Assembly: GCA_032128375.1 (NCBI GenBank)
Contig: JAQBGU010000103.1
Location: 1-57,927, forward strand
Source: Deltaproteobacteria bacterium
GTDB lineage: Bacteria; Myxococcota_A; UBA9160; SMWR01
DNA length: 57,927 bases
Reading direction: 5' to 3'
Under the pieces are notes generated by a model. That model saw only the letters and a program-made list of their open reading frames with translations, searched no databases and had not been told where the DNA came from. This document shows, piece after piece, positions 1 through 7,967 of this stretch. Positions within the stretch are counted from its first letter, which is position 1. Every line of letters begins with the position of its first letter. Made by a program: the position numbers and the translations under genes.

Positions 1-222
1 GTACGCACCGAGGTGGTCGGCGCGGAGCGTGTCGATGCATACGAGCACCAGGCCGCGAGGCGCTGGTGCTTCACGGTTTCGCGCACAGCCGAGAGATGTC
101 GCAACGAGCAACAGCCCGACGAGCCCAACGAGGGCGGGCGCCTGCACCGGCACGCTTCGATCGTCGCGCACGCTTCTCCGACGAACGGCTCCGCCGCGAC
201 AGAGGTCACCTGCTGCTTCCAT
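1..222 (-). CDS. Sulfatase-family lipoprotein, 5' part (runs off the window edge; start uncertain: ATG 222 or GTG 171/153)
   Basis: Not in the ORF track. Hand translation of the minus strand gives ...VGLLLVATSLGC (lipobox) ARNREAPAPRGLVLVCIDTLRADHLGAY, the typical sulfatase N-terminal motif. Confidence 0.8.
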   Translation of the reverse strand, partial: MEAAGDLCRGGAVRRRSVRDDRSVPVQAPALVGLVGLLLVATSLGCARNREAPAPRGLVLVCIDTLRADHLGAY

Positions 223-420
223 CACGCAGATCGCCTGCTGCTTCGATCCAATGGAGGGCGCCGCATTTCCATCATCGCTCCCATCTGAAACAGCGTAGCG
301 GCCCATGCGCTGGGCGACGCGGCATCGAGAAGCGCACGGCCAAAATCCGCCGAAGCCCAAACCTTCCCGCTAGACTGCCCTGGCGTCGGACACATCCGAC
401 CGTGGGAAGGGGTGTGATCA

Positions 421-1659
421 ATGTCAATTCGAGTAGCGACAGCTGTTGCCGCATGTTTTTTGATGGCTCCGGGACTGGGACACGCCGAGTCCGAGCTGGG
501 TTTCGAGCAGCCGCACTCGATTTCGCTGAGTGAAGCGATCCCGGAATCGATGCAGAGTGGGCTCGGTTACGCACTCGGTGATGCTGTTTTCGCCAACGGA
601 TTTTCACAGGAATACATCATCGTGACCGAGGATTTCGGCGAGTTCACGCCTACGAGCGACTATCTGTTGGATGTTCGGATCGGTGAGATCCGCGCACTCC
701 AAGACCTCGCCGAGATCCGCAAGAGCAAGGCCTACGTCACCGCTGTCGCGAAGGCCGGCGCAGCCCCATTGTACCTGGTGAAGGATCTGGCAACCCGCCC
801 TGTTGCCACGGTGACGGGCGTACCCAAGGGAATCTGGCGAGTCGGGACGAAAGCCGTCAGGTGGATCGGAGGCGATCGAAGACCGCGGGCCGAATCTGAA
901 GACAGCGCGACACGAGAGGCCATCGGTGTGTCGCGCCGCAAGCGGGAGCTAGCGGCTTCGCTGCAGATCGACCCGTATACCTCCAACATGAAACTCCAAG
1001 ACGAACTCGACCGTGTGACCTGGTCCAGCTTTGCAGGAGGGCTCAGTGTATCCGTGGCCATGGCCGCAGTCGGAATTCCGCCGGTCGCATCACTGACCTA
1101 TCGGATTACGAATATGACACGCTCGACCAATCAGTTGGTAACAAGCGTCAGTGGCGGCGACCTGTACCGAATGAATCGCAAGACGCTACACGAACTCGGC
1201 CTGGGCGAGGACGCCTCTGCGGCGTTTCTGGATAATCCCTATCTGAGTCCGTCGCGGAAGGCCGCCATCACGCTCGCCCTCGAGTCGCTTGGAGGGGCGT
1301 CCGGGTTGGAGCACATAGTCGCGCTCGGGGCCGCGATCGAAAACGAAGACGACGCCGTCAGGCTCCAGTTGACCGCCGAGCTGATGGCTGGCTACCGCCA
1401 GAAGGTGTCACCGGTCGATGCGATTGTGCGCTGGGAAAATGACTTGTTCGTCAAGGAGCGATCGGGAAACACGACAGCCGTTATTCCTGCCGACCGCCTG
1501 CTGTGGACCGTACAGACCCGGAGTCTGGCAGATGCGATGCGGGTGGTATCGGGAGCCGATGCCAAGCTCTCGATATGGACGACGGGCGTATTTTCCGACA
1601 CGACACGAACCGCGTTATCCCGACGAGGAATTGGGCTTCGCGATCGGATCGACTTCTAA
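421..1659 (+). CDS. Exported hypothetical protein (412 aa)
   Basis: Long ORF with a signal-peptide-like N-terminus (AVAACFLMAPGLGHA); no family recognised. Confidence 0.75.
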   Translation: MSIRVATAVAACFLMAPGLGHAESELGFEQPHSISLSEAIPESMQSGLGYALGDAVFANGFSQEYIIVTEDFGEFTPTSDYLLDVRIGEIRALQDLAEIRKSKAYVTAVAKAGAAPLYLVKDLATRPVATVTGVPKGIWRVGTKAVRWIGGDRRPRAESEDSATREAIGVSRRKRELAASLQIDPYTSNMKLQDELDRVTWSSFAGGLSVSVAMAAVGIPPVASLTYRITNMTRSTNQLVTSVSGGDLYRMNRKTLHELGLGEDASAAFLDNPYLSPSRKAAITLALESLGGASGLEHIVALGAAIENEDDAVRLQLTAELMAGYRQKVSPVDAIVRWENDLFVKERSGNTTAVIPADRLLWTVQTRSLADAMRVVSGADAKLSIWTTGVFSDTTRTALSRRGIGLRDRIDF

Positions 1660-1706
1660 CGCCCGAGAGGCAATGCACAGCAGGGCCTCGCAAGGATGTG
1701 CGTTCG

Positions 1707-2534
1707 CTACGAGTAGGGTCCGATCGTGCTCGGCGGTATCGGTGGCTTTGGTGTGTACCCGTTCTTTGCGATGAATTCACTCACCACCTGGTTGAACGCG
1801 GGAGCCGATTCGAAATAGACCGAATGGCCACAACCCGGGAATTCTCGCATTTCCGCATTCGGGATGAGAGCAGCGACCTCGCGCAACGCAGCGGCCGAGA
1901 ACAATTGATCGTGTTCCCCGGCGATCACCAGGGTCGGTACCCGGTAGCCCTCGAGTTGCTCGGGGAGTATGCGGCCCTGTTCGTCGAACATCCGCGACAA
2001 GTTGCTGGCATCGAAGCCGGTATTGAGGGCTGCGATCTGGTCGTAGAGGTGCGCGAGGGCAGGCTGGCGCTCGGGGAAGTCGGGTGCAAGGGCTGCATTG
2101 CCTCGAATGCCATCCGTGGCCGCGCGGCGTCCGATGGCCGCGGCCGCCTCCAGGATTCTGGCGGTCACGAGGCCACCTGGCGTATCGCATAACACAAGAC
2201 ACGCGACCCGCTCGGGTGCCTCGATGGCCGCCCGAAGCCCGGTCCACCCCCCCATGGATTGACATACCAGCGCGACGCGCTCGAGTTTCTCGGCATCGAG
2301 TATCGCCAGCAGATCGTCGGCGAAATGCTTCGGATGGAAGTCGTCAGCCGAACAGGTCGAGCGACCGAAGCCACGGTGGTCGAATCGAAGCACCCGGTGG
2401 CGCGCCTCGAAGTAGGGCGTCTGCTGCCACCACGACAAGCGGTTGCCGCCCGCTCCGTGCGCAAATGCGATGGGTGTACCGTGGCCCGCGACTTCGTAAT
2501 AGAGGCTCGCATTGGCTCGTCGAACAGTCGCCAC
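1707..2534 (-). CDS. Alpha/beta-fold hydrolase
   Basis: FAHGAGG oxyanion motif, DHRGFGRS, nucleophile CQSMGG, GEHD acid and GHSVY His; GTG start after a GGAG RBS. Confidence 0.9.
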   Translation of the reverse strand: MATVRRANASLYYEVAGHGTPIAFAHGAGGNRLSWWQQTPYFEARHRVLRFDHRGFGRSTCSADDFHPKHFADDLLAILDAEKLERVALVCQSMGGWTGLRAAIEAPERVACLVLCDTPGGLVTARILEAAAAIGRRAATDGIRGNAALAPDFPERQPALAHLYDQIAALNTGFDASNLSRMFDEQGRILPEQLEGYRVPTLVIAGEHDQLFSAAALREVAALIPNAEMREFPGCGHSVYFESAPAFNQVVSEFIAKNGYTPKPPIPPSTIGPYS

Positions 2535-2693
2535 GTAGTGGATCTCCCTTGGCGCTTTTCCCTGGCTCCAGTGTGTACCGAAACTCATTTCGAAGCCAGG
2601 GCCTTCGGGTCTTTGAAGCGTCAGTGAATCATGTAGTCTCCTCGCTGAAACGGTGCGACGCGAAGCAGATGCCTCGATCTCGCAGAGGGACAC

Positions 2694-3563
2694 ATGAGAC
2701 AGAACCGCGACGCCCCCGACATCCACCGCGATTACCGCGACAGCCGCCACGAGTACACGGAAGCGAACCGACGTGCCTGGAACCAATCGGCACCGGTCCA
2801 CCGCGCAGGCGGCAGGTTTCAGACGCTGTTGGACGGGTTTGGCGAGCCGGGGTATTCGTGCTTGGACGCTACGGAAACCGAGCGCCTGCAGGCGATCGGG
2901 GTCGCTGGTAAGCGGGTCGCTCAGCTGTGTTGCAACAACGGGCGCGAAATCTTGTCGATCAAGAACCTCGGTGCCGCAGACTGCGTCGGATTCGACCAGT
3001 CATCGGGTTTCCTGGCCCAGGCCCACGAACTCGCGGCGGCGGGGCCGATTGCGTGTCGGTTCGTCGAGACCAGCGTCTACGACATCCCACACGAATTCGA
3101 TGGCGCGTTCGACGTGGTGGTGATTACGATCGGCGTGTTAGGTTGGATGCCGGATCTGGGCGGGTTCTTCGATGTGATCAACCGGCTGCTGCGACCCGGG
3201 GGACATCTGTTTGTCCACGAGCAGCATCCAATCATCAACATGTTTGAGCCCGGCAACGCCGACCCGTACGCTCTGGCCGCCAGCTATTTCAAAGCCGAGC
3301 CGTTCGTTGAAAACCAAATCATCGTCTACGAGCAGCAGGACGCGGCCGAAGGCGAAACCTCCAACTGGTACTGGTTCGTGCATACGCTCGCCGATTTGAT
3401 TATGGCGTGTCTCGATCGTGATCTCGCCCTGGTTCATTTCGCCGAGTCCGGAACGAACATCAGCGGCGACCAATTCGACGTATACGCGAACCAGGCTGCC
3501 CAACTCCCGCTCAGTTATGCGCTGACAGCGAGGAAGGCAACCGCGGCTGGGGCTGATGTATGA
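2694..3563 (+). CDS. Class I SAM-dependent methyltransferase
   Basis: VAQLCCNNGRE motif I variant, GFDQS, FDVV and LLRPGGHL motifs. Confidence 0.85.
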   Translation: MRQNRDAPDIHRDYRDSRHEYTEANRRAWNQSAPVHRAGGRFQTLLDGFGEPGYSCLDATETERLQAIGVAGKRVAQLCCNNGREILSIKNLGAADCVGFDQSSGFLAQAHELAAAGPIACRFVETSVYDIPHEFDGAFDVVVITIGVLGWMPDLGGFFDVINRLLRPGGHLFVHEQHPIINMFEPGNADPYALAASYFKAEPFVENQIIVYEQQDAAEGETSNWYWFVHTLADLIMACLDRDLALVHFAESGTNISGDQFDVYANQAAQLPLSYALTARKATAAGADV

Positions 3564-3614
3564 TGCGGCGGACTGCGATTCGTTCCTGATATCCGTGCAT
3601 GAGGGAGTTCGATC

Positions 3615-4031
3615 ATGGGCGCAATCTCGATCCGAGGGCTCGATCACGTCGTGATACGAGCGTCGAATCTCGAGCGCGCACTGGGCTTCTACCGCGATGT
3701 TCTCGGCTGTGTCGAGGTCCGACGGATCGAAACCATCGGGCTGGTGCAGCTTCGCTGTGGTGACAGCATGCTCGATCTCGTGGACGTCGACGGCCCCATC
3801 GGTAAGAGCGGCGGCGTGGCAGCGGGAGTGGGTGGGCGCAACATGGATCACTTCGCCGTTGAAGTCGCGGATTTCGACGAAGCCAGTATCCGCGCTCACC
3901 TGGAGGCCCACGGAGTCGAACCTGGGGAGGTCGCTGAGCGAAACGGTGCGAAGGGAAACGGCCCCTCGATGTACATTCGCGACCCCGATGACAACGTCGT
4001 CGAGTTGAAGGGATACCCGGGAGGGGGCTGA
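3615..4031 (+). CDS. VOC/glyoxalase family protein
   Basis: LDHVVIRAS...FYRDVLG, MDHFAVEV, YIRDPDDNVVELK. Confidence 0.9.
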   Translation: MGAISIRGLDHVVIRASNLERALGFYRDVLGCVEVRRIETIGLVQLRCGDSMLDLVDVDGPIGKSGGVAAGVGGRNMDHFAVEVADFDEASIRAHLEAHGVEPGEVAERNGAKGNGPSMYIRDPDDNVVELKGYPGGG

Positions 4032-4672
4032 TGCTTGCGGCGCTCGGGCGTGTGCGTCTCGCTCGATCGGTGTGCGTCGCACTCACCTCGGTTGGTCTCG
4101 GGTGCGCGCATGCCGAGCCGAACGCAGAGCCCAATCCTCGCAGCTACCGGCTCATGCATAGCGGCGAGTCGTGGGAGCGCGCGGGAAGTGACGATGTCCT
4201 GTCTGATATCCGGCCGCGCTATGCGGAGTTCTTCAACACCATCTACAACCGAGAGAGCCACTACAATCCCAACCTGTTGCCGCTGCGCGATGATCTGGAG
4301 CGTTCGCCGGTGACGCGTGCGAACTTCGACGCGCTCAATGCCGTGGGGATCTGCTATTTCGAACTCAACTACCTCGCCGAGTCCGATCGCGGCGGACCCG
4401 ATTACTTCGCTCACTCGCAGCGAACCGCGAAGCTGTTGGCGGTGCCGTGGCGCGCCTACAGCGAGATCAGCGACCCGGCGCTTCGCGATGCGATCCTCGA
4501 TTTTTTCGAAGACATCGCGCGCGGCGAGAAACGTCTCGCAGCGCGAACCGCACCTCGCGTGAAGACGACCGTCGCAGCGCTCGCGAAGAAGGAAACCGAT
4601 CCAGTGCGCCTGGCCAGGATCGAAGCCATGGTCACTCTTCTCACCGCAGCGGAAGAGGCGATGGAACGCTGA
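4031..4672 (+). CDS. Hypothetical lipoprotein
   Basis: TGATG overlap with the VOC gene; signal peptide ending VGLGC. Confidence 0.7.
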   Translation: MLAALGRVRLARSVCVALTSVGLGCAHAEPNAEPNPRSYRLMHSGESWERAGSDDVLSDIRPRYAEFFNTIYNRESHYNPNLLPLRDDLERSPVTRANFDALNAVGICYFELNYLAESDRGGPDYFAHSQRTAKLLAVPWRAYSEISDPALRDAILDFFEDIARGEKRLAARTAPRVKTTVAALAKKETDPVRLARIEAMVTLLTAAEEAMER

Positions 4673-4765
4673 AATCGCTCATGGCACGCGTAGGGTTCGG
4701 CTGCTCGCTTCTGCTCCGCGGGGGTTACGGTCGTGATCGGACACGTCGGCTGCGAAGAATTCACG

Positions 4766-6490
4766 CTAGGTGAAACGGAAATGTTCTTCGAGCTTCGCTG
4801 CGACGTCTTTCACGTGGCCGCAGTATTGCGGGTAGGAGCCGTTGTAGTTGCCGTCTTGACGACGCTGGAAGTCGCCTTCGAAGTTGTAGTAGCCGGGCGT
4901 ACAGTCTTTGCTGCGGGATGTCTTGCCGCGGTTGGCGATGACTTCGTCAACCCACCACTGCTCTGCGTCGGGCGTGACATCCATCGTGTGGTGGCCGTTG
5001 CTTCGGGCGTAGTGGATGCAACTGGCGATGTGGTCGCCCTGGGTCTGCAGCACATCCGTCAGGTTGAACTTGAACGAAGCCTGGTAGCCGCCCATGATGA
5101 ACAGGTTCGGGTAGCCGTGCGAGTGGATTCCCAATACCGTTCGGATGCCGGTTTTGTATTTGTCGTTCAAGTCGAGGCCGCTTGCGCCAACGATCCGATT
5201 GTAGATGCCCGTCTTCTGAACTTCGAAGCCCGTGGCATAGATCAACAGGTCGAGTTCGTAGGTCTTGCCTGCGAAGACTGGGCCGGCCTCGGCGATTTCG
5301 GCAATGCCCTCTCCCCGGGTATCGACGAGATGTACGTTCGGCAGGTTGAAGGCCGGTAGATAGTCGTTGTCGAAGCACGGCCGCTTGCATCCCATCATGT
5401 ACCAGGGCTTCAGCGCCTCCGCGGTCGCGGGGTCCTTGACGATTTCTTCGATCGAACGGTGGATCCGCATCATCTGTCGGATGTTGGCCTGTTCCTGACG
5501 GCGGAGCTTCTCATCGCGCGGCATCGCGAGTTGCTCGGGGTTGACCTCGGGTTCGAGCATTGCGCGCGCGCGCCGCTTCGCCTGCCAGCCGGCCTGGAGT
5601 TTTCGCGCCCAATTTGGATCGGTGGGCCAGTCGGGCTTGATATCCACAGATGAAGGCGTGCGCTGAAATACGTACAACTCCTTCGCTGCCGCGCCGAGGT
5701 GGGGAACGGCTTGGACGGCCGACGCACCGGTGCCGATGATGCCGACCACCTGGTCGGCGAGGCCGCTAAGGTCGGGCTTCGTGTATTCGTAGTCCCAGCG
5801 AGAGGTGTGGAACGAATGCCCTTTGAATGCCCGCATGCCGTGAATCCTGGCCAGCTTGGGTTTCGACAGTGTGCCGTTGGCACAAATCACGAACCGGGCC
5901 CTCATGTGATCGCCGCGGTCCGTGCTGAGGTGCCACAATTGTTCGTCGGGCTCCCATACCGTGGACGTAACAGTCGTTTGGAATACGGCGAGGTCATACA
6001 GGTCGTAGGTCTTGGCGATCGCCTGACAGTGCGCGTAGATCTCGTCACCTTTCGCGTAGTGGTTCTTCGGGACGTAATCCATTTCGTCGAGTAGCGGCAG
6101 GTAGTCGTACGCGACCACGTCGCACGCCACACCCGGGTAGCGGTTCCAGTACCAGGTGCCGCCCACGTCGGCTCCGCGCTCGACGATCCGGATGCTTTCG
6201 ACGCCGTTTTGCCGCAGCCGCGCCGACGTGAGGAGGGCAGAAAATCCCCCACCGATGAACAGGCACTCTACGCTGTCGACGATCGGGTCCCGGGGCGTGG
6301 GCAGTGTGGTGAACGGGTCGATGGCGTACCTGGCAAGTGGGCCGGTGAACTCAGATGTGAACTGGTTCGTGCCCTCGGGGCGATAGCGCAGTCGGAGGTC
6401 GCGCTCATCGGCGAATTTCTGCTTGATGCGTTCGTATTGCGTCTCCGGAAGGTCGCTACTTCTGGCTGACTGGTTCTTGGTGTGACCCAT
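4766..6490 (-). CDS. Baeyer-Villiger monooxygenase (flavin-containing monooxygenase)
   Basis: IGGGFSA, GGTWYWNRYPG, BVMO fingerprint FKGHSFHTSRWD, IGTGASA and ATGF. Confidence 0.92.
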   Translation of the reverse strand: MGHTKNQSARSSDLPETQYERIKQKFADERDLRLRYRPEGTNQFTSEFTGPLARYAIDPFTTLPTPRDPIVDSVECLFIGGGFSALLTSARLRQNGVESIRIVERGADVGGTWYWNRYPGVACDVVAYDYLPLLDEMDYVPKNHYAKGDEIYAHCQAIAKTYDLYDLAVFQTTVTSTVWEPDEQLWHLSTDRGDHMRARFVICANGTLSKPKLARIHGMRAFKGHSFHTSRWDYEYTKPDLSGLADQVVGIIGTGASAVQAVPHLGAAAKELYVFQRTPSSVDIKPDWPTDPNWARKLQAGWQAKRRARAMLEPEVNPEQLAMPRDEKLRRQEQANIRQMMRIHRSIEEIVKDPATAEALKPWYMMGCKRPCFDNDYLPAFNLPNVHLVDTRGEGIAEIAEAGPVFAGKTYELDLLIYATGFEVQKTGIYNRIVGASGLDLNDKYKTGIRTVLGIHSHGYPNLFIMGGYQASFKFNLTDVLQTQGDHIASCIHYARSNGHHTMDVTPDAEQWWVDEVIANRGKTSRSKDCTPGYYNFEGDFQRRQDGNYNGSYPQYCGHVKDVAAKLEEHFRFT

Positions 6491-7358
6491 GCAGATGCGG
6501 GCTCCCGCGCCGAAATGTGCGGTTGCATGGTACCGAAGTGCGTGGCACCCAGCGTGTTTGGCCTGAGTCCTTGGCACGAGTCCTTGGCACGAGTCCTTGG
6601 CTCGAGTCCTCGGCTCGAGTCCTCGGCTTCGAACCCTCGGCCCGGTCTTCAGTCCCGTGAATCTGATCGGGATATTGCTCGGCCAGGCGCTGCGGCTCGC
6701 CTCCTCGCTGGAAGCGGAAATCACAAAAGCTGGCGCCGACTGCAATCGTCCCGCTGCGTCGCAACCCCTGCTTTTTCCGATCACTCACGACATCGTCTGT
6801 CGCACACATGTAGGGCACCAGATCCATCGCGTCGTGTTTCGAAAAGGCAGAGCCGATCGCGCACGATTCGACGTTCATCCCCCAGTCGAATTTCTTCTCG
6901 TCGTCAAAGACCGTTTCGTACACGAACTCGCCCGGCAAGGCGTCGGTTTGCGAAGCCTTTGCGGACGCGACGAACTCGGCCAGGTGTTCTTGCAGGGTCC
7001 GGTCACTTCTCGGGCGCGCTGAATCCGATTCAGGTTCCGGCTCGGGTACCGGCAAGGGCGCTTTCGACATTGCGTTCAACATCGCGCCACCGAAACGGTG
7101 TGCATCGACGCCGTGTGCCTTCAGTGCGAGGTACACCGCCAGGCTTGCACTGCATTCAAAGACCATCGGGTGGTGGGGTTTTTCCCGATAGGCCATGTCC
7201 GGAATCATCTTGTCGAAAAGGGTCGAGGCCTGCTCGACGATGGCGTCTGGTTCATCGACGAAGCCAGCGGCGATTTGGTTGAACCTGGGCCTGGCTTCGT
7301 CGAAGACGTTCCTGATGAATTGTTCGTTCGTTGTTCGGCGCATAGGCGAGCGAATCAT
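6456..7358 (-). CDS. L-2-amino-thiazoline-4-carboxylate-hydrolase-like (ATC hydrolase) domain protein with a read-through C-terminal tail
   Basis: Cys motifs SCAIG...MCATD...GLRRSGTIAVGASFCDFRF; the tail crosses the 13-bp repeat and overlaps the BVMO start. Confidence 0.7.
   Translation of the reverse strand: MIRSPMRRTTNEQFIRNVFDEARPRFNQIAAGFVDEPDAIVEQASTLFDKMIPDMAYREKPHHPMVFECSASLAVYLALKAHGVDAHRFGGAMLNAMSKAPLPVPEPEPESDSARPRSDRTLQEHLAEFVASAKASQTDALPGEFVYETVFDDEKKFDWGMNVESCAIGSAFSKHDAMDLVPYMCATDDVVSDRKKQGLRRSGTIAVGASFCDFRFQRGGEPQRLAEQYPDQIHGTEDRAEGSKPRTRAEDSSQGLVPRTRAKDSGQTRWVPRTSVPCNRTFRRGSPHLHGSHQEPVSQK
6565..6643. repeat. 13-bp tandem repeat x6, GAGTCCT(T/C)GGC(A/T)C, degenerating towards the right
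   Basis: GAGTCCTTGGCAC x2, GAGTCCTTGGCTC, GAGTCCTCGGCTC, GAGTCCTCGGCTTC, GAACCCTCGGCCC read directly. Confidence 0.95.
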
Positions 7359-7443
7359 GATAGCGATGCGGGACACGTTTCGAAACCCGCCTCCAATTCG
7401 CTGTGTTGGTGTAGTCTTCGCGCAGGCAGGGAGTACCCAGTTC

Positions 7444-7920
7444 ATGACCGCAGCAAAATCCGTTGTGATCGCACTCGGTGCGCTCGTGCTAATGCAACTC
7501 GTCCCCTATGGCCGCGATCATGCGAACCCGACGGAGCGCGACGAGCCGATGTGGGATTCGCCTGCCACCCGCACGCAGTTTTTCCGGACCTGTCGCAACT
7601 GCCACAGCAACGAAACGATCTGGCCGTGGTACAGCCACATCGCGCCGGTGTCTTGGCTGGTCCAAAGCGACGTCGAAGAGGGGAGGTCGCACTTCAACGT
7701 CTCGGACTGGGGCCGCGAGAAGCAACACGGGGACGAGGCTGCGGAGATGGTTCGCACGGAAGAGATGCCGCTGTGGTTCTACCTGCCCCTGCATCCCGAC
7801 GCGCGGTTGTCGGCGGAGGAGCGAGCGCGCTTCATCACCGGCCTCGAGCGAACGTTCCCAGAAGAACCGGAAGAAGCACACGAGAGCGGAAACGACGGAC
7901 ACCACGATCACGACCACTGA
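7444..7920 (+). CDS. Heme-binding domain protein (c-type, Haem_bd-like)
   Basis: N-terminal anchor, CRNCHSNET, WPWYSHIAPVSWLV, EMPL..Y..LHPDARLS and a His-rich tail. Confidence 0.88.
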   Translation: MTAAKSVVIALGALVLMQLVPYGRDHANPTERDEPMWDSPATRTQFFRTCRNCHSNETIWPWYSHIAPVSWLVQSDVEEGRSHFNVSDWGREKQHGDEAAEMVRTEEMPLWFYLPLHPDARLSAEERARFITGLERTFPEEPEEAHESGNDGHHDHDH

Positions 7921-7967
7921 ATCCGCAGATGTGTCAATCGCGAGTGCAGTTTCGCCGGTTTCATTTG

